From contig OZ260663.1 of NCBI GenBank assembly GCA_965285935.1, positions 93,310,001 to 93,374,000 of the forward strand: a stretch of DNA of 64,000 bases. Reading direction: 5' to 3'. A program made the position numbers and the translations under genes. Below the pieces are notes generated by a model. It did not search any database and had not been told where the DNA came from. It saw only the letters and a list, made by a program, of their open reading frames with translations. This document shows, piece by piece, positions 61,248 to 64,000 of the stretch (position 1 is the stretch's first letter; each line of letters begins with the position of its first letter). The stretch is from Ophelia neglecta (Eukaryota).

Positions 61248-64000
61248 GTAAGTACTGTTTATTCAATATATATAGTGATAGGGAACTGGTATCTAACATT
61301 TTCCATATGGCAACGTTTATTGTGTACTTTATTTGTCGTTTAGGTAGGACTTATCATATTTAAGCACATCCCTTGCTTGTGCATTTTTTTAAACTCGCAA
61401 GGACTTATCGTCAGTCCTTCTATCTTGCCGCCAACACAGAAAACATGCCTTTTATAGAAAATTTTAATATAAATATTGGCTTTTAATTAATGGGTTTCCC
61501 TGTACTAGTAAAGTTTCAAATATCTAGATTTACTTAAAAAGTGACTAAGCCATTAACGTCGCCATGTATAAAAATGATGGGCATAGAAAATAACGCACCA
61601 TCGCTCTGTTTAAAGGAGAACATGCGGATTATATAATAATCTAACTAATAATTTCCTCTTCATTTGCGGCCATATTTAATCATCGGGTGGCCATAATTGT
61701 CGCGCATCACTCAATTTGGTAAAGAGTTGTAATTGACTCTATATTGAGGCGAAGCGCTATTGTAAGCTGGACCTAACTAAATTACATCGATAGTTGACGT
61801 CGATATGCTATGTATGTATGTAGATATAACGGTGACATATAAGTGGCCGCACGCTCGTTTCTGTGTGTCGACCGCGTACCCATATGATTAGTGCTTTGAC
61901 TCGCAGCATCAAAAACTGGTAATAACTTCTCAGTGTAATTGATGTCATTTCTGTTTGTAACCGGATTTCCCAACTGTCTTGGTGCCTCTTAACTTTAAAT
62001 GGTGGATAATGAAAGTTTTGTGGCAACTCTGACGGATGAGACAAGTCAAGTTCGTTTTTTGATCACACCACAAGATTCTTCCGCCCTAGTTTCCCTTAAC
62101 ATCATTTAATATTCGCATACCGGTCGCTAGACAATTCAGTAATATTTTACAACTGATTCTATGTAATGTAACACGGATAAGGGACAAGAAGCAGATTACT
62201 AGTAATTCAACGACATTCATCTGACAGTAGTTTTACATCACCACAACCTCTAATCGCGTCGAGCTCACAATTTTAATCTATATTCTCGAATATAATAATG
62301 CAATAAATCATGTCATAATTTCCATGTACCTTGACACTACAGCATCACAATACTTTGCTACAAATGATTGTGGTGCAACTTAGCCAACTTTAGATCAATA
62401 TGTTACTTGTGAAGGCAGTATTAAGGAGAAATAAGCTCACGAATTCCTAATCGTGTATTTTTTCAGGGTAGACAGCGACAGGCGTATATACAATAAATGT
62501 TTATGCGCGGTGATTGTGTAAGCGTTAATATTCATTCCAGGAAAAAAGGCCGGTCATGTATATCTCCTTAATGTGCTTTCGACACAGGGTTGAATGAACA
62601 ATAGGTACTGTAATTTAGATTTCTGGTGTAATATACAGCAACACTTGTATAAAGAGCAGGCAATCACGTTGATTATGTTTACTACCATTTGTACCGCATG
62701 TTGCCCCTTGTTTTTAGTGTTTATCCCAAATGGGTATGCATATAACTGAGCTATTTATCTGAAAGATACCCTCGTGAAACAAACGTTTTTTTACATGCAG
62801 CCATAGCTAAACTTATATATATATAGGTTTTTAATCTTGGATATATAGAGAACAGAAAACCTCAGTAAACATTAAGTGTTACAGTGGCGTCCATAAACAC
62901 ACATGCTATTACTACCACTTTGGTAAACAGCAATGTTTTCGTCAGTGGGTGCTGTTTAATATAATCTTGCTGGCGAGTATCCACGGTGAGTCAACTGGAT
63001 ATTTAAAGGGCCTGATGGTAAACCATTGCCTGTCTAGACAATCAACCAGCTTGAGTATTGGGCTCGATATGTATACTACATCAGAAGTGGGGTAGACTGA
63101 GTGAAGACAGCCCGTAAACCGTTTGGCGATACATGTACTTTACTTATCACAATGCATGCAAATCATCCTGAGAATCTACAGAAACCAGTGCTGAACTGAT
63201 GAGCTACCGAATTGGCTGCTGACCTATTTTGTTTTACACACAGCACATTCGTATTGAACTTTTGAGAGCACAGTTAAAACGTTATAGTCCAAAGCCTGTC
63301 CTGTATATGAGTATCAGTTCGTTCAATTGCATGATCAAGTTTGGCGACCTACCTGAGCAGCTGAGGTTTACAAATTAATGTTGAGCTCAGGTTTGATTTG
63401 GGTTAGAAATTATTGGTTACCAGAAGACAAGACCTAATCAAATATCAATAATGAATCGGTTTAATCAACCTGAATGAGATACTGACAGTTTTAAGATTCT
63501 TAACAATCCAGGTCCAGTACAGCAGTTGAAAGCAGTTTGTAACTAAAGTTTAATGCTCAACACACCGATGTATGATATTATTTCCGATAGGAAGTTGCCA
63601 AACATTGTCTATAAAGTATATCAAGTCACAAAACCATCGAGGCAGATGTCAAAGTAGGGCGAGAGTACAACTAGTGTGGACTGATTTCACAAACAACAAC
63701 AGTGCGAACCTTGAAAGTGCGAAAATGATTGGCAACTGAATTGTTTACTATTTACAGATCAAACTAAATCTTGAACGTTTGGCAGAGTCACCCTCTTGAG
63801 ATTTTGATATTGTACACACCCGGATCTCTTTGTTTCTACATACAAGCTAGCATGACTAGTGTGATTGGCAAACTGGATAAAATAAGCCATGGTGATTATT
63901 AACCTGACGTAAACGCCACGAAATATTTCTTTGTTACTAAACAGGGTCGGGCTGTTTGCCAAGTACTATCTAAAAGCCAGGTCGATTAGTGAAATACACA

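Noticed and set aside
61608-61998. Possible TTAA-flanked non-autonomous (Kolobok-like) element
   Set aside because: The start TTAAAGGAGAAC is suggestive, but I could not identify a convincing matching end.
1-64000. CRISPR arrays, tRNA/rRNA genes, prokaryotic operons
   Set aside because: None seen; the repeats are gene-sized duplications in spliced eukaryotic DNA.

Overview
Animal (invertebrate-type, AT-rich, GT-AG spliced) genomic DNA; nothing prokaryotic. Almost the whole window is a head-to-tail array on the + strand of at least nine paralogues of one 8-exon gene. It encodes a ~515-540 aa type I membrane protein: signal peptide, SUEL/Gal-lectin domain, CUB-like domain (two exons), CCP/sushi-like module, stalk, TM helix, and a disordered tail with conserved Tyr and RxRxxS/T motifs. 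Copies 1-5 are young, near-identical mosaics of one another (~7 kb units, ~14.2 kb higher-order period). Copies 6-7 are older, copy 8 is internally deleted, and copy 9 runs off the window. Every copy whose 5' end is visible carries the same upstream element (invariant CCACCCATTG). An intron of copy 5 holds an apparently intact 6,852-bp Tc1-like transposon (TA target duplication, perfect 34-bp TIRs) with two divergent spliced genes: a 5-exon DD34E transposase and a 4-exon BEND5-like BEN-domain protein. Its subterminal regions carry CpGs phased at ~11 bp, including a BANP-type CGCG palindrome. This two-gene transposon and the diversifying receptor array are the two most notable systems. Exon structures were derived by hand from splice signals, reading-frame continuity and paralogue comparison; domain names come from motif recognition, not database searches.
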